The translations under genes were made by a program, and so were the position numbers. The notes beneath the pieces are model-generated. The model worked only from the letters and a program-made list of their open reading frames with translations. It did no database searches and was not told the origin of the DNA. 64,000 nucleotides of DNA from an uncultured Actinomycetes bacterium (GTDB lineage: Bacteria > Actinomycetota > Acidimicrobiia > IMCC26256 > PALSA-555), in assembly GCA_963849135.1 (NCBI GenBank), contig CAWKGF010000005.1:22826-86825 (forward strand), in the 5' to 3' direction. Below, one piece after another: positions 49,130 through 62,142 of this stretch (within the stretch, counting starts at the first letter, position 1; every line of letters starts with the position of its first letter).

Positions 49130-50202
49130 GCGAGCCGGCCGCTCCCCCGTCGGACGCGCCGCTGCTCGAGGTCACCGACCTCACGACGTTCTTCGAGACC
49201 GACCGGGGGCTGGTCCGCGCCGTCGACGGGGTGTCGCTGCGGCTCGAGCGCGGTCGGACGCTCGGGGTGGTCGGCGAGTCGGGCTCCGGCAAGACGGTGC
49301 TGTCCCGTTCGATCATGAACCTGGTCCCGACCCGGGGGGTGGTCCGCACCGGCTCGGTGCGGCTGGAGGGCACCGAGCTGCTGAACCTCCCGTCTCGGGA
49401 GATGCGCCGCTACTGGGGCGCGCAGCTTTCGATGATCTTCCAGGATCCGATGACGTCGCTGAACCCGGTGATGAAGATCGGCAACCAGATCACGGAGGCG
49501 ATCCGCCAGCATCTCGACGTGACGAAGCAGTACGCGCGGGAGCTCGCGGAGTCGCTGCTCGCCTCGGTGCGGATCCCCGAGCCCCACGCCCGTCTGCGCG
49601 AGTACCCGCACCAGCTGTCGGGCGGGATGCGCCAGCGGATCTGCATCGCGATCGCGCTGGCCTGCGGCCCGAAGCTGCTGTTCGCCGACGAGCCGACCAC
49701 CGCTCTGGACGTGACGGTGCAGGCCCAGGTGCTGGACCTGATCGCCCGCCAGCAGGCGGAGCGCTTCATGGCCATGGTGCTGGTCACCCACGACCTGGGG
49801 GTGGTCGCCGGGCGCGCCGACGAGATCTCGGTGATGTACGCGGGCCGGATCGTCGAGCACGCGCCGACGAGCGTCCTCTTCGCCGACATGAAGATGCCGT
49901 ACTCGGAGGCGCTGCTGGCGTCGATCCCCAAGCTGGACGAGAGCAACCACACCCGGCTGGCCACGATCCCGGGCCGGCCGCCGGATCTGGTGAACCCGCC
50001 GCCGGGCTGCAAGTTCGCGCCTCGCTGCCGGTACGTGCAGGACCGCTGCGTCGAGGAGGAGCCGCCGCTGACGCCGGGCAGCAGCCCCGGCCACGAGTTC
50101 CGGTGCTGGTTCCCGGTCGGGAGCCCGGAGGGCAAGGAGGCCCTGGCCCGCAACGAGCGGGACGGCCGCGTCCCCCAGGCCGCGACGGTCGGCGGGGCCT
50201 GA
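49126..50202 (+). CDS. Peptide ABC transporter ATP-binding protein (DppD/OppD-like)
   Basis: GESGSGKTV, LSGGMRQRICIAIAL, LFADEPTTALD, and the C-terminal oligopeptide domain (PPGCKFAPRC). Taken from ORF 48280..50202. The TTG start overlaps the upstream stop. Confidence 0.85.
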   Translation: MSEPAAPPSDAPLLEVTDLTTFFETDRGLVRAVDGVSLRLERGRTLGVVGESGSGKTVLSRSIMNLVPTRGVVRTGSVRLEGTELLNLPSREMRRYWGAQLSMIFQDPMTSLNPVMKIGNQITEAIRQHLDVTKQYARELAESLLASVRIPEPHARLREYPHQLSGGMRQRICIAIALACGPKLLFADEPTTALDVTVQAQVLDLIARQQAERFMAMVLVTHDLGVVAGRADEISVMYAGRIVEHAPTSVLFADMKMPYSEALLASIPKLDESNHTRLATIPGRPPDLVNPPPGCKFAPRCRYVQDRCVEEEPPLTPGSSPGHEFRCWFPVGSPEGKEALARNERDGRVPQAATVGGA

Positions 50203-51275
50203 TGGCCGGCACCGGCACCGCGCATCTCCGCCCCGAGGAGGACGCCCTGCTGCGGGTCGAGGATCTCGTGGTCGAGTTCCCGGTCGGGCGGCACGGCGAC
50301 GCCGTGCACGCGGTGTCGGGCATCAGCCTCGACGTCCTCGGCGGCGAGACGCTCGGCATCGTCGGCGAGTCGGGGTGCGGCAAGTCGACGACCGGCCGGG
50401 CGGTGATGCAGCTCCCGGCGCCGAACTCGGGCCGGGTCGAGTTCGACGGGGTCGAGCTGACCTCACTGCACGGGGAGGCGCTCCGCCAGGTCCGGCCCCG
50501 GCTCCAGATGATCTTCCAGGACCCGATCTCGTCGCTGAACCCGCGCCGCCGGGTCCGCGAGATCGTCCGGGAGGGGCTCGACATCTGGGAGCGGGGCACC
50601 AAGCCGGACCGCGACGCGAAGGTCGACGAGGTGCTCGACGCGGTCGGGATGGATCCCGCCAACGGGTCCCGGCGACCGCACGAGTTCTCGGGCGGTCAGT
50701 GTCAGCGGATCTCGATCGCTCGGGCCGTGGTAACCGAGCCGAAGCTGATCATCTGCGACGAGCCCGTCTCGGCCCTCGACGTGTCGGTGCAGGCGCAGAT
50801 CCTGAACTTGCTCGAGGACATGAAGCACCGGTACGGGCTGACGCTGATCTTCATCGCCCATGATCTCGCGGTGGTGAAGAACGTCAGCGACCGGGTGCTC
50901 GTCATGTACCTCGGCAAGTCGTGCGAGGTGGCGTCACCGACCGAGCTGTACCGCCAGCCCAGGCATCCGTACACGGCGGCGCTCCTCGCCGCGATCCCGG
51001 TACCGGACCCGGCTCGCCAGCCGGACGCCAACCGGGTCCTCGGCGGCGAGGTCCCGTCGCCGATCCACCCGCCGAGCGGCTGCCGGTTCCGGACCCGCTG
51101 CCCCAAGTCGCAGGAGCGCTGCGCGGTCGAGGAGCCCACGCTGCGCGAGGTCGGACCCAACCAGTTCGTGGCCTGCCACTTCCCGCTGGAGCCGGGCGAG
51201 CAGATCGACTTCGCGCGGGTCGGGGTCGGCGCCACCGTGGAGCCGACCCCCAACGGGGACGCCCCGACCACCTGA
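50202..51275 (+). CDS. Peptide ABC transporter ATP-binding protein (DppF/OppF-like)
   Basis: GESGCGKST, FSGGQCQRISIARAV, IICDEPVSALD, HPYTAALL, PSGCRFRTRC. The ATG overlaps the previous TGA. Confidence 0.85.
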   Translation: MAGTGTAHLRPEEDALLRVEDLVVEFPVGRHGDAVHAVSGISLDVLGGETLGIVGESGCGKSTTGRAVMQLPAPNSGRVEFDGVELTSLHGEALRQVRPRLQMIFQDPISSLNPRRRVREIVREGLDIWERGTKPDRDAKVDEVLDAVGMDPANGSRRPHEFSGGQCQRISIARAVVTEPKLIICDEPVSALDVSVQAQILNLLEDMKHRYGLTLIFIAHDLAVVKNVSDRVLVMYLGKSCEVASPTELYRQPRHPYTAALLAAIPVPDPARQPDANRVLGGEVPSPIHPPSGCRFRTRCPKSQERCAVEEPTLREVGPNQFVACHFPLEPGEQIDFARVGVGATVEPTPNGDAPTT

Positions 51276-51282
51276 GCGGTCC

Positions 51283-51308
51283 CCCCTGGCCCGGTCAGGG
51301 GCCAGGGG
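51283..51308. terminator. Perfect 9-bp GC hairpin between convergent dppF-like and lon genes
   Basis: CCCCTGGCC-cggtcagg-GGCCAGGGG. Confidence 0.45.
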
Positions 51309-51312
51309 CCGA

Positions 51313-53673
51313 TCAGGCAGCCTCGGCCCGCTCCTCGCGCTCGGTCAACGCCAGCTCGAGGACCTCGGTGACGTCGTCGACCAGATGGAAGGTCAGCTCC
51401 TCGCGCACCGCCTCGGGCACGTCCTCCAGGTCGGGCCCGTTGCGGGCGGGCAGGATCACCGTGGTGAGCCCGGCCCGCTGCGCGGCGAGCACCTTCTGCT
51501 TGACGCCACCGATGGGCAGCACCCGGCCCTGCAGGGTCACCTCGCCCGTCATGGCGACGTCGGCTCGCACCGGCCGGCCGCTGAGCAGGCTCGCTATCGC
51601 GGTGGTCATGGTGACACCCGCCGACGGGCCGTCCTTCGGGATCGCGCCGGCCGGGACGTGCACGTGGAACCGCCGCGGCGCCGACGCGAGGTCGATCCCG
51701 AGCTGGGCCGCGTGGCTCTGCACGTACGACAGGGCGATCTGCGCCGACTCCTTCATGACGTCGCCGAGCTGCCCGGTGAGGGTCAAGCCCGCGTCGCCGT
51801 CCATGCCGGTCGCCTCGATGAACAGCACGTCGCCGCCGGTGCCGGTGACAGCGAGGCCGGTGGCCACGCCCGGCACCGCGGTGCGCTCAGCCAGCTCGGG
51901 GAAGAACCGAGGCCGTCCCAGGGCGTCCGGGACCGTGTCCGCGTCGATCACGATCGGCGCGGTCGCCTGCCCGCTGACCAGGTTGGCGGCCGCCTTGCGG
52001 AGCAGCTTGCCGAGCTTCCCGCTCGAGGCTGCGGACCCCCGCCTCCCGCGTGTAGTCGATGACGACACGACGCAGGGCGTCGTCGCCGACCTGCACGTCG
52101 GCGGCGGTGAGGCCGTTGCGCTCGAGTTGTCGGCCCAGCAGGTGCTCACGGGCGATGACCACCTTCTCGTCCTCGGTGTACCCGTCGAGGTGGATGACCT
52201 CGAGCCGGTCCAGCAGCGGGCCGGGGATCGTCTCGGCCTGGTTCGCGGTCGCGAGGAACAGCACCTGCGACAGGTCCAGGTCGACGTCCAGGTAGTGGTC
52301 ACGGAAGGTGTGGTTCTGCGCCGGGTCGAGCACTTCGAGCAGCGCCGACGACGGGTCCCCCCGCCAGTCCGCGCCGAGCTTGTCGACCTCGTCGAGCACG
52401 ATGACCGGGTTCATCGTCCCGGCCTCGGTGAGGGCACGGACGATGCGACCGGGGCGGGCGCCGACGTACGTACGGCGGTGACCGCGGATCTCGGCTTCGT
52501 CGTGGACACCGCCCAGCGCGACGCGGGTGAACCGGCGGCCCAAGGCGCGCGCGACCGATTCGCCGAGCGAGGTCTTCCCGACCCCCGGCGGGCCCACCAG
52601 GGCCAAGATCGCGCCCGCGCCGCGGCCGGCCGGCTCGCCGAGGTTCCGCTCCGCGCGCAGCTTGCGCACGGCGAGGAACTCGACGATGCGGTCCTTGACG
52701 TCCTCGAGCCCGGTGTGGTCGGCGTCGAGCACCCGACGGGCTTCCACCACGTCGAGCTGATCCTCGGAGCGCTCACCCCAGGGCACCTCGAGGAGGGTGT
52801 CCAGCCAGGAGCGGATCCACCCGTGCTCGGGGCTCTGGTCGCTGGTGCGCTCGAGCCGGTCGATCTCGCGGGTCGCCGCGTCGCGGATGCCGTCGGGCAG
52901 CGCCCGCTCCTCGACCGCGCGCCGGTACTCGCCGACGACGTCCTCGTCGCTGTCGCCCAGCTCCTTTCGGATCGCGTCGAGCTGGCGGCGCAGCAGGAAC
53001 TCGCGCTGCTGGCTCTCCATCCCGTCGGTGACCTCGGAGCGGATCTTCTCCGCGACCTCGAGCTCACCGAGTGCGTCGCGAGCCCAGGCGACCACGGCCT
53101 CCAAGCGTGCTTCGACGTCGAGGGTCTCGAGCAGCTCGACCTTTCGCTCCAGCGCCAGGTCCGGCCACCAGCCCGCGGTGTCGGCGAGCGCACCCGGGTC
53201 CGTGACGCCCTGCAGCACGGCGGCGAGCCGATCGGCCCGCAGACGGGTCGCGATCTCGGCCACGATGGCCCGGTACTGGGTGGCGAGCTCACCGCGCGCG
53301 GCGTGTCCTCGCCGGTCACGGCCGCCCGCTCGGCCTCGACCCACAGGGCGGCACCGGTGCCAGCCACCCCCGCGTGGACCACGGCCCGGTACAGGCCGCG
53401 CAGCACCAGGGCGCGGACGCCGTTGGGGAGGTCCCCGGCGCTCTCGACCCGGGCCACTGTCCCGACCCGGGCGTAGCTGCCCTCGACCTTCGGGACGAGC
53501 AGCACCAGGGGGTCGCCGTCGTCGGCTGCCTCGGCGGCCTCCGCGGCCCGGCGGGCCTCGTCGGTCTCGAGGGCCAACGTGACCACCATCTGGGGCAGCA
53601 CGACCCCGCTCGACAGGGACACCAGGGGCAGCACCAGTCGTTCGTCCACCGTCACGCTCGGCTCCGCCATCAT
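51313..53673 (-). CDS. lon: ATP-dependent Lon protease, two compensating frameshifts (near 53295 and 52030)
   Basis: N-domain in ORF 52411..53673. AAA+ core in ORF 51887..53344 (GPPGVGKTSLGESVA, VIVLDEVDK). Protease domain in ORF 51313..52302 (PKDGPSAGVTMTTAIASL). Total length is 787 codons. Confidence 0.85.
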
Positions 53674-53852
53674 GACCTCTTCAGACTTGATTACAGGATT
53701 ACCGAACCCAACGGCTGGGCCCCGCCGCCCATTCCCGACCCGAGGTCTCAGGAATCCGCCGATTCGGCCCGTCCCGGGGTCGCCGCCTGGGACTCGGCCT
53801 CCCGGCCGGGCCGGGCGCGGCCCGCCCCGGTGCCAGGTTCGAAGCGGGGGGG

Positions 53853-55250
<1,398 letters not shown>

Positions 55251-55260
55251 CGACTCGACG

Positions 55261-56096
55261 CTACCCGTCCGTGTCGTCTCCGCTCGATGCGTGGGCTCGG
55301 CGCACGTGACGGTCGAACGAGGTGCGCAGGTACGGGCCGAGCATGCCCGAGGCGCGGGCGAGGACCGCGGTGCCCGGGTCGGCGGTGATAACGAGCCGGT
55401 CCCGTTCGATGCCGCGCACCATGGCCCGGGCGACGTCGTCGGCGGGGCGGACCTTCACCGCGGCGGAGATCCGGGCCGTCGCCTCGGGCTTCTCGAGGTT
55501 CTCGCGGGCCAGGCCGGGCGTGTCGGTGTCGGGTGGGTAGGCGCAGGACACGACGATCCCGTACGGCTTCAGCTCGGCCCGGAGCGTCTCCGCGAGGCCC
55601 CGCACCGCGAACTTGGCCGGCGAGTAGGCCGAGTAGCCGTACACGCCGATGATCCCCGCGGTCGAGGAGACGAGCAGCAGGTGCCCACGCCGCCGGTCGA
55701 TCATCGACGGGACGACGTTGCGGATCGCGTGCAGGGTGCCGAAGTAGTCGAGGGCCATCTGGTCCTCGAACACGGTGTCGGCCAGCCGCTCGAAGTGGCC
55801 GGGGCGCGCCGCCCCGCGCAGGTCACGAGCACGTCGACGGGTCCGAACTGGGCGACGAGGAGCGTGACCGCGGCGTCGAGGTGCTCGGGGTCGGTCACGT
55901 CGGCCGGGGCGGCCGCGACGCGGGTCTCGTCCCCGACCCCCCGCTCGAGCCCGTGGAGAGCGTCGGCCAGCCGCTCGGGGTCTCGCGCCACGATCGACAC
56001 CCGCGCGCCCCGGGCCAGCGCCCGGCGGGCGGTCTCGAGCCCGATCCCGCTCGACCCGCCGGTGATGAGCACGTGCGCGTCCTGCAGCTGGGTCAT
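55261..56096 (-). CDS. SDR family oxidoreductase (ketosphinganine-reductase-like), frameshift near 55820
   Basis: [23 protein letters not shown]...VDVLVTCAG in ORF 55701..56165. After a G run it continues [21 protein letters not shown]...[14 protein letters not shown] in ORF 55261..55773. Confidence 0.75.
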
Positions 56097-56260
56097 GGCC
56101 GAGGATGGTGCCACAGTCGATCCGCCGGTTACGTTGCGGGACGGCACGACCCAGCCGACCTCCACGTGAACACCGGCGACCCTGGCGACACCGTCGGGCC
56201 GCTCATCCTCGAGGCGGTCCGGTGCGCCGAGCTGCCCTGAGCATCCAGCCCGGAGGGACC

Positions 56261-57943
56261 ATGACGACCATCGCCGAACTGGCCGACCAGTACGTCGAGC
56301 GCGCCGCGGCGCTCGACCCGGTGGCGGCCACGTTCGAGGGCCTCCCCGGCCACGACGACGAGATGACCGACTACTCCCCCGACGGGTTGGCGGAGCGCCT
56401 GAACCACGAGCTCCACACGCTGGGCGAGCTCGACCGAGTCGAGGTGACCGACGACGCGGAGCGTGTCGCGGCGGAGGTGCTGCGCCGCTACCTCGAGGTC
56501 GGCGTGGAGCTGGGCGAGGCCGGCGAGGGCCTCCGGGCGCTGCGGGTGCTGGACTGCCCGGCGTCGACCGTCCGCATGGTCTTCGACCTCATGCCCCGCG
56601 CCACCGAAGTCGACTGGGACCAGATCGCGGCGCGCGCGGCGGCAGTCCCGCAGGCACTGTCCTCGTTCCAGGATGCGCTGACCGAAGGTCGCGGGGAGGG
56701 GCTCGTCGCGGCCCGCCGCCAGGCGGTGGCCTGCGCCCGGCAGGCCGACACGTGGGGCGGGGTGCTCGACTCGACCGACCGGCCGTTCTTCTTGGTACTC
56801 CTCGACGAGTTCGACGCCTCCGGGATCGAGCAGCCGGCGCTCCGCTCGCGCCTGGCCGAGGTCACGGACCGGGCGACCCGCGCCTACGCGTCGCTCGGCC
56901 GCTACCTGGTGGACGAGTACCTGCCGGACGCCAGCGAGCGGGACGCGGTCGGCGAGGAGCGCTACGCCCGCTGGGCGCGGGCGTTCAACGGGACGACGTT
57001 GGACCTGCGCGAGACCTACGAGTGGGGCTGGTCCGAGCTGCGCCGCATCGAGACGGCGCTGGCCGACGTCGGGGAGCGGATCCTGCCCGGCGAGCCGATC
57101 CCAGCCGTCATCGAGCATTTGGAGCACGACCCGACCCGCGCCATCGACGGCGTCGACGCGTTCCGGGCCTGGCTGCAGGATCTCCTCGACCGCACCGTCG
57201 ACGAGCTCGACGGGGTGCACTTCGACATCCCGGGGCCGGTGCGGCGGGTCGAGGCGATGATCGCCCCGCCGGGCGGCGCGGCCGCGATGTACTACACGGG
57301 ACCGTCCGAGGACCTGAGCCGCCCCGGTCGGACCTGGTACCCGACGTTGGGTCGCACCCGGTTCCCGCTGTGGGGCGAGGTCAGCATCTGCTACCACGAG
57401 GGCGTCCCCGGCCATCACCTCCAGATCGGGATGGTCCGCTACCTCGCCGATCGGCTCAACCGGTTCCAGCGCACCATGGCCGGCAACTCGGGGCACGCCG
57501 AGGGCTGGGCGCTGTACGCGGAGCGGCTGATGGGCGAGCTCGGCTACCTGGACGACCCGGCTTTCGAGCTCGGGATGCTCCGCGCGCAGGCGATGCGGGC
57601 GGTGCGGGTCGTCGTCGACATCGGGCTGCACCTCGAGCTGGACATCCCGACCGACGAGTCGTTCCACCCCGGGGAGCGCTGGACGCCGGACCTGGCGCTG
57701 CCGTTCGTGATCGGACGGAGCCACTTCCCGGCCGACTTCATGGCGAGCGAGGTCGACCGCTACCTGGGCCTCCCCGGGCAGGCGATCTCCTACAAGGTGG
57801 GCGAGCGGGTGTGGCTGGGCGGTCGCGACGCGGCCCGGGCCCGGCACGGGGCGGGGTTCGACCTGAAGGGGTTCCACGCCTACACGCTGGCCTTGGGGCC
57901 GATGGGCCTCGACCAGCTCGCCGCGGAGCTGGCCCGCTACTGA
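56261..57943 (+). CDS. DUF885-family protein (putative metallopeptidase-like)
   Basis: ATG after GGAGGGA. ...CYHEGVPGHHLQ...GHAEGWALYAERLMGELGY... is characteristic of DUF885. 560 aa. Confidence 0.7.
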   Translation: MTTIAELADQYVERAAALDPVAATFEGLPGHDDEMTDYSPDGLAERLNHELHTLGELDRVEVTDDAERVAAEVLRRYLEVGVELGEAGEGLRALRVLDCPASTVRMVFDLMPRATEVDWDQIAARAAAVPQALSSFQDALTEGRGEGLVAARRQAVACARQADTWGGVLDSTDRPFFLVLLDEFDASGIEQPALRSRLAEVTDRATRAYASLGRYLVDEYLPDASERDAVGEERYARWARAFNGTTLDLRETYEWGWSELRRIETALADVGERILPGEPIPAVIEHLEHDPTRAIDGVDAFRAWLQDLLDRTVDELDGVHFDIPGPVRRVEAMIAPPGGAAAMYYTGPSEDLSRPGRTWYPTLGRTRFPLWGEVSICYHEGVPGHHLQIGMVRYLADRLNRFQRTMAGNSGHAEGWALYAERLMGELGYLDDPAFELGMLRAQAMRAVRVVVDIGLHLELDIPTDESFHPGERWTPDLALPFVIGRSHFPADFMASEVDRYLGLPGQAISYKVGERVWLGGRDAARARHGAGFDLKGFHAYTLALGPMGLDQLAAELARY

Positions 57944-57968
57944 GTGGTCGCCCCTCGGAGCGGGTCGG

Positions 57969-59780
57969 CTAGGAGGCGGCCGGGATCCGCCCGGCTTGTC
58001 GCGCCGCGTCCTCGGCCGCGACGAGCTGCTCCTCGACGATCCGGAGCCCGCCGTCCCAGAAGCCCGGGTCGGTGAGGTCGACGCCGACGATGCGGCCCAG
58101 CGCCTCGGGCGGCTCCGACCCGCCCCGGCGGAGCAGCTCGAGGTAGGCGGGCACGAACGCGGCGCCTTGCTCCTCGTACTGACGGTAGACGGAGAGGGCG
58201 AGGAGCTGCCCGTACGCGTACGCGTACACGTAGCCGGGCGTGCCGATGAAGTGCGGGATGTACGACCACCAGTTCCGGTAGCCGGGGGTGAGCTCGACCG
58301 AGTCGCCGAGCATCGCGGCTTGGGTCTCGATCCAGAAGTCCCCGAACCGCTCGACGCTCAGCTCCCCCTGCTCGCGCCGCTCGGTGTGGACCCGGTCCTC
58401 GAAGCGGTTCATCGCGATCTGGCGAAACACGGTGGCGATCTGGCCTTCGAGGCTCTCGGCGAGCAGGGCCAGGCGGGCGTCGGCGTCAGTGGTCTCAGCG
58501 AGGAGCCGGCCGAAGGTGACCGTCTCCCCGAACACCGACGCGGTCTCGGCCAACGTGAGCGGCGTCGACTGGTGGAAGATCCCCTGCCCCCGGGCGAGGT
58601 AGGCGTGGAGCCCATGCCCGAGCTCGTGCGCGAGCGTCAGCACGTCACGCCGACGGGTGGTCCAGTTCAGCAGCAGGTACGGGTGGAGGGACGGGACGGT
58701 GTACGCGCAGAACGCGCCGGGACGCTTCCCGGGCCGGACCGGCGCGTCGATCCACGCCTCGTCGAAGAACCGGCCGGCCACGTCGGCGAGCTCGGACGAG
58801 AACGATCCGTAGGCGTCGAGGACCAGCGACCGGGCTTCGCTCCAGCCGTACTCCTCGTCCTCGGCCGCGATGGTCGCCATGCGGTCGTAGTCGGCGATGC
58901 GGTCCACGCCGAGCAGCTGGGCCTTCAGCGAGTACCAGCGCTGGGGGATGTCGGAGCGGCGCACCACTGCCGCAACGAGGGCCGCGACCGACTCGTCGCT
59001 GGCCTCGTTGTCGAGGTTGCGGCTGGCCAGCCAGCCGTCGTAGCCGCGGATGCGGTCGTCGCTGGCCTTGTCGGCCAGCAGGGTGTTGAAGATGAAGGCC
59101 CGGGTGCGCAGCCCGGGCTCCAGCGCGTCGCTCACCGCCTCCGCGGCGTCGCGGCGGACCTCCCGGTCCGGCGCCTGCAGGGTGGAGAGCGCCTGCTCGA
59201 GGCTCACCGGCCCGTCCGGGACGTCGACGACGATCGCGGAGGTCACCTCGCTGAACAGCCGCGACCAGGCGCTCGACCCGGTGACGGCCTTGTCGGCGAG
59301 GATGCGCTCCTCCGGCTCGGTGCGCAGGTGCGGCCGGTACCGGCGGACTGAGCGCAGGTGGTGGCGGCAGAAGTCGAGCTCGGGGGCGTCGAGGAGCGCC
59401 GTGACCGTCTCGTCGGGGAGGGCCGCCCACTCGAGCTCGACGAACAGCAGCTCGTTGGAGATCGCGGTGGCGCGCTCCTCGACCTGGGCGAGCAGCGCGC
59501 CGCGGCTCGGGTCGCTGGTGTCGACCGCGAAGCGCAGCCCCGCGTAGGAGCCGGCCCGGCCGAGCAGCTCGGTGATCGCGGCGGCCGCGTGCATCAGCTC
59601 GGCGAGCCCGGCCGCGTCGAGCGACCCGATTCGGCCTCGGTAGGAGGCGAGCTCGGCGGTCCGGCGCTCCGCCTCGTCGAGCTGCTCGATCGCGCCCGCG
59701 GGGCCCCGCCCGTCGACGAGCGGCGCGAGGTCCCACGCGACGTCGGCGCCGGTCCGGTCGCGGTCGGTGGTGGTGGTCAC
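57969..59780 (-). CDS. pepF: M3-family oligoendopeptidase F
   Basis: HELGHGLH zinc motif and LAETASVFGE. 603 aa. Confidence 0.8.
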   Translation of the reverse strand: MTTTTDRDRTGADVAWDLAPLVDGRGPAGAIEQLDEAERRTAELASYRGRIGSLDAAGLAELMHAAAAITELLGRAGSYAGLRFAVDTSDPSRGALLAQVEERATAISNELLFVELEWAALPDETVTALLDAPELDFCRHHLRSVRRYRPHLRTEPEERILADKAVTGSSAWSRLFSEVTSAIVVDVPDGPVSLEQALSTLQAPDREVRRDAAEAVSDALEPGLRTRAFIFNTLLADKASDDRIRGYDGWLASRNLDNEASDESVAALVAAVVRRSDIPQRWYSLKAQLLGVDRIADYDRMATIAAEDEEYGWSEARSLVLDAYGSFSSELADVAGRFFDEAWIDAPVRPGKRPGAFCAYTVPSLHPYLLLNWTTRRRDVLTLAHELGHGLHAYLARGQGIFHQSTPLTLAETASVFGETVTFGRLLAETTDADARLALLAESLEGQIATVFRQIAMNRFEDRVHTERREQGELSVERFGDFWIETQAAMLGDSVELTPGYRNWWSYIPHFIGTPGYVYAYAYGQLLALSVYRQYEEQGAAFVPAYLELLRRGGSEPPEALGRIVGVDLTDPGFWDGGLRIVEEQLVAAEDAARQAGRIPAAS

Positions 59781-59790
59781 GAGCCGCAGC

Positions 59791-62057
59791 CTACGAGGCG
59801 GCCAGCGGGGCGCCGGGCAGCGCCGTCCCGGCGAGCGCCTCGGGAAGCGGCGCCGCGTGCACGACGGTGAGGCTGCGGGTGGCGCGGGTCATCGCGACGT
59901 ACAGCAGCCGCAGCCCCGACTCGTCGCCGGTGACGAGCTCCGCGGGCTCGACGAGGATCACGTGGTCGAACTCCAGGCCCTTGGCCTGCGCCGCGGTGAG
60001 GACGGCGACGGGCGCGTCGAGCGCGTCGCCGGTCCCGGCCCGGGCGCCGAGGTCGACCAACCGCTCGAGCAGCGACGGGTGCAGGGCCTCGGGCGCGAGG
60101 ACGGCGACCGTCCCGCCGGCTTGCACCGCCCGGTCAGCTTCGGCCGCGACCCGCTCGACGAGCTGGTCGGGCGAGGCGGCGACGAACCGGGGCCGCTCGC
60201 CGGTGTGGCGGACGGCCCGGGTCGGCTCGACCCGCGGTGCCGCGGCGGCGAGGACCCGCAGCGCGACGTCCATGATCTCGGCGGGGGTCCGGTAGTTGAC
60301 GCTCAAGGTGACGACGCGGGGCTCGGAGCGCTGCGGAAGCTGGCGCAGCACCTCGTCCCAGCTCTGGAGGGCGCCGGGCTGGCTGGCCTGCCCGAAGTCG
60401 CCGACGACGGTCATCGACCCGGACGGGCAGCGGCGAGCGAGCATGCGCCACTGCATGGCGGACAGATCCTGGGCCTCGTCGACGATCACGTGCCCGAACG
60501 TGCGGGGCTCCTCGACCGGCTCGTCAGAGGCCACGTCGCCGTGGTAGCGGCGGGCCAGCTCGGAGCCGGTGACGAACCCGCCCACGCCGAGCTCGGCGAC
60601 CACGCGGGCGCCGACGTCGTCGGCGGAGCGGCGGGACCGGCGCCGTCGCGGGCGAGCTGCCTCGGGCGGCCCGAGGAGCGCGTCGGCGTCATCGATGAGG
60701 GGCAGGTCGGCGTCGGTCCAGGGCACGTGGGCGACGCTGCCCGACCGGTCCCGCACCAGCAGCACCTGCTCGGCACGCGAGAGGATCCCGTCAGCGGCCG
60801 AGCGCACGAGGGCGGGAAACGAGAACAGGTCGTGGACGAGCTCGCCGCCGGTCAGGACGGGCCACATCCGCTCCAGCGCGGCGCGCACCTCGGGCAGCCG
60901 GCGGAGCCGGTCGTCGAGCTCGCGCACCCAGTCGGCGTCGTCGGGTGCGGTGGTCCCTAGCGCCTGCCGGTACTGGTCGCGCAGGTGGTCGACCACCGCC
61001 CGGACGACGCGGGGCCGCTTGGCGTTGTGGGTGCCTCCCTGGCGGCGGGCTCGCTCGACGATCTGCCGCGAGGTGTCGCGGGTGAGTCGCAGCACGTTGC
61101 CGTCGACCATGACGACGACGCTTTGGGCGAGGGGATGCTCCCGGTCGCGCAAGGCCCGGCGGACGACCTGCGCCATGCGGGCATCGCCCTTCAGGCGCGT
61201 CACCTCCCGCGAGTCGCGGGCCGTGACCCGATAGGCGGGCTTCAAGGCCGCGATCGTCGAGAGCTGCGCGTCGCTCTCACCGAGCGACGGGAGCACCTCG
61301 TCGATGTAGCGGAGGAACAGCGCGTTGGGCCCGATCAGCAGCACCCCGCGGGAGGCGAGGTGCCGACGGTGCGTGTAGAGGAGATACGCGGCGCGGTGCA
61401 GCGCCACCGCGGTCTTCCCGGTGCCGGGTCCGCCGGCGACGACGAGCACCCCGGGAAGCGACGCCCGGATGGCTTCGTCCTGCTCGGCTTGGATCGTGGC
61501 GACGATGTCGCCCATGCGGCCGGTGCGGGTCCGGTCGAGGGCGGCGAGGAGCGCGCCTTCCCCGACCAGGGTGAGCCCCCCGACGACGCGGCGGTCCGGT
61601 CGAACACCTCGTCGTCGAGGCCGACCAGCTGCCGTCCGTCACCCGGTCGGGTCAGGAAGTGGCGGCGCCGGACGACGCCCATCGGCTCGACCGCGGTCGC
61701 CCGGTAGAAGGGCTCGGCGACCGGAGCTCGCCAGTCCACGATGAGCGGCGCTTGGTCCTCGTCGGTGACCGCGACCCGCCCGACGTAGAAGATCTGGCTG
61801 CCGGCCCTCGCGCCCGGCTCGAGGTCGAGCCGCCCGAAGCACAGCGGAGCCGACCGCAGATCGAGAGCGGCGAGCCGCCGCCGGGTGAGCTCCTCGGCTG
61901 CCTCGCGCTCCAGGCGGGCCTGGTGGGTGCCGCCCGCGCCGACGTCGGCGTACCCGCCGGCGACCCGGCGGGCCGCCTCGCGCATGGCGTCGAGACGCCC
62001 ATAGGCGCGGTCGACGTACCGCTGCTCAGCGGCGAGCTCGGGATGGGGAGCAGACAC
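59791..62057 (-). CDS. helD: HelD-type UvrD-like helicase / RNA polymerase-associated ATPase, frameshift near 61577
   Basis: N-terminal domain in ORF 61335..62057 (IFYVGRVAVTDEDQAPLIVDWRAPVAEPFYRAT). After a 6-C/G run it continues LTLVGEGALLAALDRTRTGRMGDIVATIQAEQDEAIR...AGGPGTGKTAVALHR...VDEAQDLS...VNYRTP in ORF 59791..61515. Confidence 0.8.
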
Positions 62058-62142
62058 GGAAGCGCGCGGCTGCCTTCACTCGACAACGGGGGGTCGTCCA
62101 TCGTACCGGTCGAGCGAGCGCCGGTGGCCCGCTGGCGCTCGG

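Noticed and set aside
53674-53852. tRNA-like or other small RNA in the lon/fumC intergenic region (contains AGGTTCGAAGC)
   Set aside because: No acceptor, anticodon or D-arm pairing can be built around the T-loop-like string. I found no tRNA, rRNA, tmRNA or CRISPR array anywhere in the window.
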